This document shows positions 20,575 to 30,101 of a DNA stretch of 64,000 nt, piece by piece (position 1 is the first letter of the stretch; every line of letters begins with the position of its first letter). This DNA comes from a virus: IMG/VR virus record IMGVR_UViG_3300038451_000147, positions 1 through 64,000 of that record; one strand, written 5' to 3'. Under the pieces are notes generated by a model, which did not search any database, was not told where the DNA came from, and saw nothing but the letters and a program-made list of their open reading frames with translations. The position numbers were made by a program, and so were the translations under genes.

Positions 20575-21509
20575 ATTTTTCTTTTCACCCCCTTGTGTCG
20601 AAAGGACTCAAATACGGACATCCTGTCTTGCACAAACATAATCGGTTTTGCACTTGATTGTGATGGTTTGAATCTACCAAACACAGATTTCAAGTCGGGC
20701 GTGTAGTCAACACTTCCTATTGTTCTCGATACTATGAATTTGGCTATCTCCTGTTTAGAGAGAAGAATAGGTTTACCTTCATCCATTTTGCTATCATTCG
20801 GGTAGAGGTCAAAGACAGTGAGCCTATTCAATTTGCGAATGTGCTTACTCAGAAAGTCAATCTGTCGAAGGTTTGCCTCTAAGCAAGTCCGGTTTCTTTC
20901 GTCTCTGATTCTCCGTCTCAACCTCAGAACCTCACTTCTACTAAGACCTTCATTTTCACCAAGAGTCGCTCTTCGCCACAACTCTTCTGAGAGATGGCCC
21001 TTTTCAATACCCAAGCCAAAATGGAACGCCAAATGCTCTTGACTTGCACTTACTCCCGTTCCACTACGGCCTTTGAATGGGGTCATTATGTCAATCGCTA
21101 CCTCTGGTAATCTTATTCCAAGATTGGCTCTTATTCCGTAGTCCTTGAGAGCAGTAACATCCCACTCTACGAAATGGCCAATTATTCCGTCAGAGTTTTT
21201 AAGGTATTCATAACCCAACCTAGTCAAGTCTAGAGTCGTCCTTCCGTCTATTCCCAAAACAAACTGCTTCGGCGGCTTTGCAGTGAATTTGTTGTTCTCA
21301 AATATCAACTTTTGAATCCCTATCACTAGCAAAGACTTGTCTGGTTTCCTCATCATTTCGCCGGGTGCGTATGCTTCCAAATCAACTGAAGCCAAAGTCA
21401 GTCTCTTTCCTGTCTCAATACACTCTAGAACCTTGGGACAGAAGGTCTTCTTCAGACCTGAACTCATGGATGCGACTGTCAACCCAAGCAGAAACTCCTT
21501 TGCATTCAT
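20571..21509 (-). CDS. DEDD/RNase H-like exonuclease homolog, translationally coupled to the RAMP gene
   Basis: SVDLEA (ExoI), IIGHFVEWDV (ExoII), IDIM, S.EHLA...GLG..K; ExoIII looks degenerate; 4-nt overlap with the RAMP gene. Confidence 0.6.
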   Translation of the reverse strand: MNAKEFLLGLTVASMSSGLKKTFCPKVLECIETGKRLTLASVDLEAYAPGEMMRKPDKSLLVIGIQKLIFENNKFTAKPPKQFVLGIDGRTTLDLTRLGYEYLKNSDGIIGHFVEWDVTALKDYGIRANLGIRLPEVAIDIMTPFKGRSGTGVSASQEHLAFHFGLGIEKGHLSEELWRRATLGENEGLSRSEVLRLRRRIRDERNRTCLEANLRQIDFLSKHIRKLNRLTVFDLYPNDSKMDEGKPILLSKQEIAKFIVSRTIGSVDYTPDLKSVFGRFKPSQSSAKPIMFVQDRMSVFESFRHKGVKRKI

Positions 21510-21545
21510 GGCCTACCCCTTCTCGCCAACCTTTATAAAGATTAT
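21507..21545 (-). promoter_or_regulatory. Class A promoter of the exonuclease-RAMP-array operon
   Basis: AATC-TTTATAAA(21539-21532)-N22-ATG with GGGGT. Confidence 0.75.
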
Positions 21546-21549
21546 GGTT

Positions 21550-23034
21550 CTACCCCACAAGCCGTCTCTCGTTACAATGAAGGTGGAACGGAATCTGCAA
21601 TTTGAGAGGGGTCTTTTTGGTCGAATACTCTTCGGGAATATCGGGCCTTCCCTTGATTCCTAGCCCTTTCACAAGGTCTTCGATGGGCCAAGTCTCTTCC
21701 ACGATGTTCAGTTCCACGTTGTCCACTACATTGGTGAGGATATTGGCCACCGTCCTGTCGGATTCCTCTGCCCGATACCATATAAAGCCTAGACCTTCAG
21801 CCAGCATCCCCATGTCAGACTGCTCAAAGTTGTCCGAAATCTCGTCTCCATAGTCTCCCTCTGCTGAGAATGGGGTCTTGAAGAAGATGTTGATGGACTT
21901 GTCGGCTCCCACCACTAGCATAACCTTCTCGTTCTCATCGTTCATGTAACCTGCTACATCGCCAGTGCTGGCTGTCGGAGTGACGGGGTGCATATGGACA
22001 GTCCCTATCAATTCCTCTCCTTCATGTAGTTGCTCGTTAGGCTCCAGAACAATCTCTCTGTCCTTGCCGAACTGCTCCCCTACAACTCCCAATTCACCGT
22101 GTTTGGCTTTGATGAGAAAACCACCCGCTTCATTGTCATTGGTAGTCGAGTATTCAATCATCATCATAAGGTCGTTGTAGAGCCTTTCAGGTATCTCAAT
22201 CTTGTCTGGCACTTCAAGCCCTTCTGCTGTGATAGGGCGGTCTTTGTCTGGCTCTTCTGGTTCTGGGATGTCGGGGTCTGGATTCAGTTCTCTGTCTGGA
22301 TTGCTAGGGTCTGGCTCTCCTTTCTTTGTCGTTGGTTGCATCCAACCACAATCTATACATCTGAAAGCACTTTCACCTGCGGGAACCATCCACATCGAAC
22401 CACAAGCAGGACAAACACGATGACCACTACTTGTGAGGCTAGGGTCTGGCTCATCCTTCACACTCCCACTTCTATCAGCATCGCAACCACATTCCAAGAA
22501 GGTGCATATATCACTCACATCCACTCCTTCATCCCGAAAGAGACCTTCTTCTGCTTCGTGGTCACAATCGCATTCCTTCCCTTCCTCTCCCTTTGAATGA
22601 CCATAATACTTCTTGCCCTTGTGAGTGTGATACTCCTCAATGGGGTCTATCAATTCGCCACAATACTCACATCTCTTGTAGTTGATGGCTTCACCTTTAG
22701 GAAGAGTTTCTGTTATGGTGTGCCACGCATGAGGGCCATCTTCAAAGGTAGATACAGGAAAGGTTACTCTACATTCTACACAATACCACATTTTTTCTTC
22801 CTCTTCATCGGACTTTCTATAAGTGCCACCTGTCGCTGGCCCTTCTTTGCCAGCCTCATTGCAATCCTTACAGTTGTTTGGGCAGACATCGTGCTCCATA
22901 ATGCACTCTATACAAGAAGGTTCGCAATCCAAAGAATACGATTCCTCATTGAACTTCTCGATGTTGGGATAGTTCTTTTGGCCTACCTTCGGTGCTGGCT
23001 CTTGAGGCGATGCTGGCGCGTAGGGTGGAATCAT
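21550..23034 (-). CDS. Acidic modular protein with Zn fingers and a C-terminal JAB/MPN+ metalloprotease domain
   Basis: NEAGGFL...IGTVHMHP....ASTGD matches the JAMM motif E...HxH...SxxD. Confidence 0.8.
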   Translation of the reverse strand: MIPPYAPASPQEPAPKVGQKNYPNIEKFNEESYSLDCEPSCIECIMEHDVCPNNCKDCNEAGKEGPATGGTYRKSDEEEEKMWYCVECRVTFPVSTFEDGPHAWHTITETLPKGEAINYKRCEYCGELIDPIEEYHTHKGKKYYGHSKGEEGKECDCDHEAEEGLFRDEGVDVSDICTFLECGCDADRSGSVKDEPDPSLTSSGHRVCPACGSMWMVPAGESAFRCIDCGWMQPTTKKGEPDPSNPDRELNPDPDIPEPEEPDKDRPITAEGLEVPDKIEIPERLYNDLMMMIEYSTTNDNEAGGFLIKAKHGELGVVGEQFGKDREIVLEPNEQLHEGEELIGTVHMHPVTPTASTGDVAGYMNDENEKVMLVVGADKSINIFFKTPFSAEGDYGDEISDNFEQSDMGMLAEGLGFIWYRAEESDRTVANILTNVVDNVELNIVEETWPIEDLVKGLGIKGRPDIPEEYSTKKTPLKLQIPFHLHCNERRLVG

Positions 23035-23429
23035 TCGGCTTCACCATTTACACATCTTTTAACCCAATTGCAATTAGCACAAAGCACTTGATAACCCTCT
23101 GGATAGTTATGACGAATAAGCCACGCAAAGAGTGTGCTTCCTTTATGGCTCTTTCTTTCTTTGTTCCCACCACCGTTTATATGGTCAATTTGAAGGTCAC
23201 GAATGTCTGCAAGAAAAGGGTCATTCGGTAGGTGTTTGTGGAAGGGGTCAGCACAAGCCATAGTGCCATTGGAATAATGGTCAATAACCAGTCTTTTGAA
23301 CTCTTTCCTTTTTGCTCTATAGTATGCTGGATTGTTATTTCCATTTGGAAGACGCGCCCTTACACCATACTTACCCAATTTCCTATTGCGTTCAGACTTA
23401 GGCGGTTGCATACTACATGGATTTAGCAC
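23031..23429 (-). CDS. HNH-like endonuclease (probable start ATG23411)
   Basis: IDHYS..C...LQIDHINGGG...YPEGYQVLCANCNW. Confidence 0.75.
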   Translation of the reverse strand: MLNPCSMQPPKSERNRKLGKYGVRARLPNGNNNPAYYRAKRKEFKRLVIDHYSNGTMACADPFHKHLPNDPFLADIRDLQIDHINGGGNKERKSHKGSTLFAWLIRHNYPEGYQVLCANCNWVKRCVNGEAE

Positions 23430-23470
23430 TACCGACTATTTAAAGGTGTCAGAAAGAAGAGGCCCAAGCC

Positions 23471-24292
23471 TTATTTCTGAGGCTTGAGCGTATACAGAAT
23501 CCCTTGGCTGTCGGTGTATCTCTTGTCCAGAAGAGGCAGAACGTCCTCTAACTTGAGTTTGAGATTGTTCTCGACATACATCTTCACTTCGTTTTCAAAG
23601 ATGGGCTTGTTCTGAACAGCCATCCAAGTCTGGAACGCCTTGAGTTTGGGTGCGGCAACCGAAGTGGCTGGCGAGACGGATGGGTTGGGCAGACCTTCTG
23701 GCCCCTCTCCCAATGGGGTTGGCAATGGTTCCTTCTCTACCTTTGCAACAGGGCCGGGTTCGGCTCCAAGGCCATCTCGTATGTCAGAGACTATCTTCAG
23801 GTCTCTCACCATGATGACTGGCGTTTTGCCCTTGACCTCTCCGTTCACCTTCTGGTCTCTCAAGGCTGTGACGTTGCCTTTGATGCTTACAACTTTGGCA
23901 ACCAGAGCGTTGCCATCGGTGAGTTTGAAACCGAAGGGCGGGAAGTCCAGTATGGCCTTTGTGGTCTCGTCTCCGGCCAGCATAGACCATCTTGGGAGTT
24001 TGGTTGCGACCCTTTGCACCTTGCACCTATCACTAGGACAGTCGAAAGCGACACCCTCTTCCATGCCGTCCTTCTTGGTGAAACAGGTCGGGCATCCTAT
24101 GTAGAAGGATTCGTTCATAACCCCTACAATAAGGACTTCGGCTCCGTTCACGAACTCGCCCTCTACCAGACCACTGAGGTCTTTCTTTGGATTGAGTTTT
24201 GCGTAGACTGTGCGGATTGCTTCTGGATTGCCCTCATATCGCTTGAGAGCAGGGACTTTCTTGAGGATTTCCTCAATTGTCAGTGTTGTCAT
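23471..24292 (-). CDS. RPA-like OB-fold ssDNA-binding protein with Zn ribbon
   Basis: FYIGCPTCFTK...CPSDRC...LAGDET; located among replication genes. Confidence 0.65.
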   Translation of the reverse strand: MTTLTIEEILKKVPALKRYEGNPEAIRTVYAKLNPKKDLSGLVEGEFVNGAEVLIVGVMNESFYIGCPTCFTKKDGMEEGVAFDCPSDRCKVQRVATKLPRWSMLAGDETTKAILDFPPFGFKLTDGNALVAKVVSIKGNVTALRDQKVNGEVKGKTPVIMVRDLKIVSDIRDGLGAEPGPVAKVEKEPLPTPLGEGPEGLPNPSVSPATSVAAPKLKAFQTWMAVQNKPIFENEVKMYVENNLKLKLEDVLPLLDKRYTDSQGILYTLKPQK

Positions 24293-24584
24293 GGCTTACC
24301 CTCTGTCTTGACGGTATTTAAGGATTCAGGCTCCTCACCTGTCCCATGACAGTTTGGACAAGGGATGAAGTAGGGTGAATGCACTTCGTCTGGCAGAAGG
24401 GTGATGAGTTGACCGTGACCACGACACTTCTTACACTTCAACGTGACCACCAAGACAGCACCCACATATCGGACAGTCAGCTATGAGAGACACTAGAAAA
24501 GCGGCCTCTTCAAAGGAGAGAGCACACTGATGAAACCTACAAGCGTAGAAGGTCTCCTCTTCTGGTTTTACCATATCCGCATCC

Positions 24585-25334
24585 CTACGGGCCATGCCTT
24601 AATAAAGATTCCTGTAGAACAAGGTGTGGGCTTTTAAGGAAGATTCTCCAATCCAAGGGTTCTACGGGCCTTTCATATAGCCTCAGAAAGTCGTCCTTGA
24701 AGTTGGTCGGGAACTGGCTATACCTCAGAATCTCAGTCATGCTCATCTCAGGAGTCACTGGCACTTTCCAGCGTATCGGGGTTGGGAAGTCGGGGTCTAC
24801 GGAATGCTTGGTCAGAGTTATCCGGCAGACTCTATCCAGACTTATGAAGGTTCTCTTGTCTATAAGAGATTGAACCCATGTGCTCAGATTCCAATAGAGC
24901 GTTTCCCTCTGTTTGCGTAGTTCGCCATAGGTTGTTGGATTGATGTGGATATAGAAGTGGAACCCCTTGCCAGCACTGAAGAAGAAGTCTATGTTGGGCC
25001 AGAACTTCTTAGCAAAGAATTGTGCCTTTTCCCAGATTTCTTCAAAGGTGTCCTTCGTGCCGTCTTCTTTCTCTCGCACATCTATGTCTATAAAGAGCCG
25101 ATTTATGATGACCTTTTCCTTCTGCTCTTCGAGCCACTCTTTTGTTCTCATTGGAGTATAGAAGGGAAAGTAGGCATCCTCAACCATCGCCATTCTATCA
25201 AGGATGTAATCATAGTAGTCGGCCTTCGTCTGTGCGTTATACCGATATTGCCCTATGTTGTCTGAAGGGAAGGAAGAGAAGTCTCTGTCCCACCACAAGC
25301 GGCAAATCTCTAAGAAAGGAAGAGTCGTCACCAT
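24585..25334 (-). CDS. priS: Archaeo-eukaryotic primase catalytic subunit (start revised)
   Basis: LFIDID, FSAGKGFH and RVCR....H motifs. Confidence 0.85.
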   Translation of the reverse strand: MVTTLPFLEICRLWWDRDFSSFPSDNIGQYRYNAQTKADYYDYILDRMAMVEDAYFPFYTPMRTKEWLEEQKEKVIINRLFIDIDVREKEDGTKDTFEEIWEKAQFFAKKFWPNIDFFFSAGKGFHFYIHINPTTYGELRKQRETLYWNLSTWVQSLIDKRTFISLDRVCRITLTKHSVDPDFPTPIRWKVPVTPEMSMTEILRYSQFPTNFKDDFLRLYERPVEPLDWRIFLKSPHLVLQESLLRHGP

Positions 25335-25783
25335 TTGTTGGTCTCCCACTCTTTTATCCATTGACAGTTGAAACACAATACCTGCCATCCCTCTGGCCAT
25401 CCTTCTTTCTTGAGTTGCTCGTATAACTTGGTTCCATAAGGAAGTCCCTTTTTCTTATGTCCACCATCAACCAAATCTAACGTGAGAGCGCGAATGTCTT
25501 TGAAATGGCATTTAGAGCACTCCATTAATCCTTTAGAGTAATGAGCAACGGCTTCTCCTTTCATTCGTAATGCTCTTTTCTTATGATACTTCTTCTGAAG
25601 TTTCAACCACTGAGACCGATTTACTCTACGAAAGTTCTTCATTGCCTTTCCACTCTCATAATTGTGGTCTTTTTTGCACAAATAATGATACAGTTTTACA
25701 CAAGATGGATACCAATTCTCTCCTTCAATTAAGGGAACTCCGCAACTTCGGCACTTTGGATTGGAAGGACGAGTTCGTGGCAT
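25328..25783 (-). CDS. HNH-like endonuclease between helicase and primase
   Basis: AHYS....CSKC...LTLD...GG...WPEGWQVLCFNCQW. Confidence 0.7.
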   Translation of the reverse strand: MPRTRPSNPKCRSCGVPLIEGENWYPSCVKLYHYLCKKDHNYESGKAMKNFRRVNRSQWLKLQKKYHKKRALRMKGEAVAHYSKGLMECSKCHFKDIRALTLDLVDGGHKKKGLPYGTKLYEQLKKEGWPEGWQVLCFNCQWIKEWETNKW

Positions 25784-25827
25784 AGGACTATATCCACATA
25801 TCCTCTATATAAGGATTGTTATGAGGA

Positions 25828-27174
25828 TTAAGAGAGCGTGTAGTCAATCGAGTTAACATTGATTTGTTTGAGTTTTTGTGCATAGACTTCAGCATCTTCA
25901 AGCACTCGGTCAACAATCCTATCCAAATCGTCCATCATTAGAATATCTATCATTGCCAATTCTGGCAAGTGGTCAGATAGCGCGGCATTAACGCTACCGC
26001 CTCTAGTGTGTGGATACGAATGCGCGTAGTGGGCAAGGAAGAACGACCTAACCTCTACAGTGTCGCACGCCTCTATCTTGTCATACAGAGAGGGGTCGTA
26101 GATGGGTTGGTTGCAATACGTCTTAATCTTAGGATGGAGCCAGAACCTCTGAAGGGTGTCCGTCAGCCTCTCCTCTAAAGCCCTATAGGTGTCTACCAGT
26201 CTCCGATGCTCGACATCATCATAGCCCTTGTCCACAAGCGGGGTGTAGGCTCCATAGTTTATGATTCCAAACCTTCTGCCCATAGCGTAACTATTGCGAC
26301 AGAGGAAGCCCAAGATGTCGCGCATAATAGCAGTATGACTTCCAGACAGAGCAAGTGGATTGGCCGTTATAATTAAGGGACACGCACCCTGAACCATCAT
26401 CTCTCCACCACCACCCGCCACTCTGGACTTCCCAGATTCCAAATGGCCTAGAAGGAATCCAGCCATGTTCTCAATGGTCTGACTCTCAATCTGGTCTATG
26501 GCAAGCGCATAGTATTGGTCAGCGAACAATCCAGCCGCCTTGTCGTCTGTCCACTTTACAGAACCCAATAGGGTGTTCTTGGTGGCCTTGTCCACGTTCT
26601 TGCCTATGAGGTCGAAGAAGGTGCTCTTCCCCGTATTAGGTGGCGTGATTTGCAACTCATGTGGCTGATACCGCATCACATAGCCTCTCGCTAAAGTGGC
26701 CTTATTGGAAAGGGCTAGAGCAGGGTCACGGACACAGTTGTATTCGATGATGTCAGCCACAAGTTTAGTCCAGTCTTCCGTCACCTGTCCAGTCGAGACA
26801 TCGAGCCACTTGCCTAAAGTGAGGTCGTTGAACGAGTAATCTGTCCCGAAAGTGTAAAGTCCCAAATCGTCCCACCCTTTGATTCGTGGGTCATCCCCTA
26901 TCCGCTTTGTGATGTAGTCTCTGTCTTTGAGGTCAAAAATCTCGTCCAGTTTTTTGATGTCCATCTCCATCAAAGGGAGAGAAATCTTCTTGCTATGGAT
27001 GATGTTCTTCGTGTCCACGATGTAGATTGGAGAAGCAATCGTAGTAGGAAAGGCAACGTAAAGTTTTGCTCCTACGCTAATCGTGATACCTTCCGGCGTG
27101 TTCTCAACATCAGACCTCTGATAGAGAGCGCGAATCTGTTGAAACGTATTCAGAACCCGATTGTTCTCAGACAT
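25828..27174 (-). CDS. MCM-like AAA+ helicase
   Basis: HELQITPPNTGKS, LAIDQIE, IITANP, RRF arginine finger. Confidence 0.7.
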   Translation of the reverse strand: MSENNRVLNTFQQIRALYQRSDVENTPEGITISVGAKLYVAFPTTIASPIYIVDTKNIIHSKKISLPLMEMDIKKLDEIFDLKDRDYITKRIGDDPRIKGWDDLGLYTFGTDYSFNDLTLGKWLDVSTGQVTEDWTKLVADIIEYNCVRDPALALSNKATLARGYVMRYQPHELQITPPNTGKSTFFDLIGKNVDKATKNTLLGSVKWTDDKAAGLFADQYYALAIDQIESQTIENMAGFLLGHLESGKSRVAGGGGEMMVQGACPLIITANPLALSGSHTAIMRDILGFLCRNSYAMGRRFGIINYGAYTPLVDKGYDDVEHRRLVDTYRALEERLTDTLQRFWLHPKIKTYCNQPIYDPSLYDKIEACDTVEVRSFFLAHYAHSYPHTRGGSVNAALSDHLPELAMIDILMMDDLDRIVDRVLEDAEVYAQKLKQINVNSIDYTLS

Positions 27175-27483
27175 TTACATATTCGCCCAATCTTCATCAG
27201 TCATATGAACGTAAACCGCGCATCCACATTTATGGCATTGACCCGGCCCATACTGTGAATAAGGGCCAAGAAGGGCTATCCAAACTTCGTCCTTTGGACA
27301 ATCGCATTCACAACCTGCATTAGACCGAACAAAGAGGTCTGTGAGTTTGTTATAGTTGATAGTTGTTATCGGCTTTCCATCATGAAGACCAATTCTCAGA
27401 AACAGACTGAAACAATTCTTACACATAACTTACCCCTACCTTTCATAGTATAAAAGGATTTTGAGACAAGTTGAATATGAATA

Positions 27484-27690
27484 CGGGGTGGGGATGCGTG
27501 TCCACCCCGACGACCCCGAATGAGGGCATCACTCCTCACTTGTACCGCAGGTTATTGACGGCGGATGCCGTAGGTCGGAGCGAGTTTTCTCGGCCAACCC
27601 ACGCGGTTATTCACTACGTTGTTGCAACCCCTTCGAGAAGGCCCGTCTCGCTTGCGCGGGATAAGGATTCTCCTCTGGAATCGCACCATC
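27484..27690 (-). ncRNA. Candidate ~200-nt structured RNA
   Basis: GC-rich intergenic region with at least 6 hairpins, including a CGC-GCAA-GCG GNRA loop on the minus strand; upstream TATA at 27714-27707. Confidence 0.45.
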
Positions 27691-27755
27691 CCTATGGTTT
27701 TGACATCTTATAAAGATTGCGGAACCTAGTGTTTAAATAGGCCGTTGGCCATAGT

Positions 27756-28442
27756 TTGCCTATGGCAGAGCCGACAGAAAACCCGAAGCCAGCAGAGGGA
27801 AAGGTCGCAACGAGCGAGATGGAAGACCGCTTCCCAGACGTAGACAAGCCGCATCTAGAGGCCATAGTCCAATTGCTCTACCATCTGGGTGTCAATGTAG
27901 ACGACATCCATAATGTGAATGCCACTCCATATGTCGAAGTCGAAGTGGGCAATGAGACATGGATAATCATGAGCGACCAAGAGGCCGATGAGTTTGCTGA
28001 AGAGAATGTGATAAACACCTTTGAAGAAATGGGAGAGGAAGGCTTCACTGTAGAGTGGAAGGACTTCGTTCTGAATGAGGGAGACTTCGATACGTCTCTT
28101 CAAGAAACGGTTGACAATTACATCGAGAACATAAGAGAGGAAGTGTCCGATGACCCCACAACCTTCAGTAACAGACTAGATGAAGAGATGGTAGCTCACA
28201 ACGTAGCATCAGAGGAAGAGTTTGCCGACCAACTCAGAGAGGACTGGCTTGGAGACAGCACTCCAATCGAATGGTATATCAAAGAGTTCGGAAGTGAGGC
28301 GTTCAAAGAGTTCGCACAGGTTGACACCACCAAACTGGCCAAGTATGTCATTGAGTCAGATGGGCGTGGCTCGGTCATTGCTGGATATGACGGAGATGAA
28401 GTAGAACTCGGAAAGGACTACTACGCTTACAGAACCAACTAG
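27756..28442 (+). CDS. Highly acidic hypothetical protein
   Basis: 228 aa, D/E-rich, own TATA. Confidence 0.7.
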   Translation: MPMAEPTENPKPAEGKVATSEMEDRFPDVDKPHLEAIVQLLYHLGVNVDDIHNVNATPYVEVEVGNETWIIMSDQEADEFAEENVINTFEEMGEEGFTVEWKDFVLNEGDFDTSLQETVDNYIENIREEVSDDPTTFSNRLDEEMVAHNVASEEEFADQLREDWLGDSTPIEWYIKEFGSEAFKEFAQVDTTKLAKYVIESDGRGSVIAGYDGDEVELGKDYYAYRTN

Positions 28443-28615
28443 AATGCTTAAATAGCCTCAAAACGAAGGTAGACCATGAAAAGACAAATTGTGGCTTATC
28501 CCAAGTCAAAGGGGATGTATGCCGACATGAAGCGAGTCAACGGGAACACTGTAGACATCTCTGTTTCCAAAACACCCTTTAGGAAGGACGCTCTAAAGGT
28601 GAGGGTGGTAGTGAA

Positions 28616-29596
28616 ATGAAGTTTCTCGAACTAGACGAACCAATGATTCCCTACATTGTAATGGGAACGTGCGGCAAGAAGCAAGCCGGAAAGAGCCTCT
28701 ACTCGCGTGAGTTGGGCTATAAGATAGTGAAAGAAGAGGGTGGTGAGATTCTGTGGATTTCGACAGAAGAGCCTACCGACTTCATGTTCACAATCGCAAT
28801 AGACGAACATCCGGGGTGGGATAAGGTCTTCGCAAAGAAGTATGGTGTTGAGCCAATAGTCCATTGGGAATGGTGTCCGACTGCCGAAGACATGATGCGC
28901 TTCATAGGAGACGAAGGGAAGGTCATAATCACCGAAGCAAGCGTGTCCACACCAAAGCCCTTGAAGGACATAAAAGGAGAGACCCCGGAAGACAGAGCCA
29001 AGAGAGAGGAAAAGGCAAAGAAGGACGCAGAAGAGAAGCAGAAGGGTAGCACACTCGCTTTCAAGACCATCAAAGTGGACACCGAGAACTCGCCTCTGCT
29101 CAAGATGCTTCAGTCACACGACATCCGATACATCGTGGTTGACTCCTTCACCAACCCCTTTGACGAACTGATAAGCGGTGGGAGACAGAACTTCAACATC
29201 AGAGCGCAACTTGAAGAGACATTCCTCAACACCTTGCAACGCCTAGTCACCAGATATGGCCAATCGGTAAAGAAGAACACCTACATCATGACTACCAACC
29301 ACATCAGCAACAATCCAACAGACCCCTTCACAGCCACAATGATTGAGAAAGAACTCCATGAGAAGGGCGGTGGAGTAGTGGGTTACAACCACAAAGTCTT
29401 CTATGGCTTCAAGCCGAAGCAAACGCCTCACGGCGCGAGAGAAGTCTGGGTGATAAGGTTTCCAAATCTGCCAGACTTTGGCAAGATGTATAACCTTCTC
29501 ATCACCGACAAGGGCTTCGTCAGAACGTCAGCCGCAGAACTCAAGGTCGTGAAGGAAGAGCAAAAGGCTGAGAGACAAGAGGCAAAGGAGTCTTGA
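28616..29596 (+). CDS. RadA/RecA-family ATPase
   Basis: GKKQAGKS, ISTEE, IVVDSFT, TNH and GGGVVG motifs. Confidence 0.8.
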   Translation: MKFLELDEPMIPYIVMGTCGKKQAGKSLYSRELGYKIVKEEGGEILWISTEEPTDFMFTIAIDEHPGWDKVFAKKYGVEPIVHWEWCPTAEDMMRFIGDEGKVIITEASVSTPKPLKDIKGETPEDRAKREEKAKKDAEEKQKGSTLAFKTIKVDTENSPLLKMLQSHDIRYIVVDSFTNPFDELISGGRQNFNIRAQLEETFLNTLQRLVTRYGQSVKKNTYIMTTNHISNNPTDPFTATMIEKELHEKGGGVVGYNHKVFYGFKPKQTPHGAREVWVIRFPNLPDFGKMYNLLITDKGFVRTSAAELKVVKEEQKAERQEAKES

Positions 29597-29702
29597 GCGA
29601 ATCCTGTGAGCATAAGAAGGTAAACGCTTGGGGATATTGTATGAAGTGCCACCGTCAAGTAGGTATTGACACTTCGATGCTCTTCGATGGTGGTCGGCCA
29701 AT

Positions 29703-30101
29703 ATGAGTGAAGACAAGTTCAATACAGAGAATTTCAAGGCCCAATTCCACAAGGACGTAGAGTTCGGAAAGAGTAGCGGTGGCAGTAGTGAGGGCTATAC
29801 CTACATAGCGAAACTCCTTCTTGTGCCAGTCACAGATGGCCGCAATAGACTCCTCTGGCTCGTCTTGGCTCCCTACGCCATAAGCATCCTGAAGATGAGT
29901 AGAGAGAGCGCGATAGATATGATAACGGAATACTTCAAAGCGTGTAACAAACTGAGTCCCTGTCCCAAAGTCCTCAGTCTGGTCGAGCAGTATGTGGACT
30001 ATGTGCCGACCATCGAAGGCGGTCTCAAGCCGCCCAAACAGGAAACACTTATGGCCAGCGACCCCGACTTATGGGCTATCATTTCTAAGGCGATAGCATG
30101 A
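29703..30101 (+). CDS. priX: Primase non-catalytic subunit PriX-like
   Basis: Y.YI.KLL..PV.DGR.RLL.LV...Y...I......A...I.EY signature. Confidence 0.7.
   Translation: MSEDKFNTENFKAQFHKDVEFGKSSGGSSEGYTYIAKLLLVPVTDGRNRLLWLVLAPYAISILKMSRESAIDMITEYFKACNKLSPCPKVLSLVEQYVDYVPTIEGGLKPPKQETLMASDPDLWAIISKAIA

Noticed and set aside
27484-27690. RNase P RNA (GAGGAGAATCC resembles GAGGAAAGUCC)
   Set aside because: No convincing 3' P4 partner or other conserved regions. Kept only as an unclassified structured RNA.
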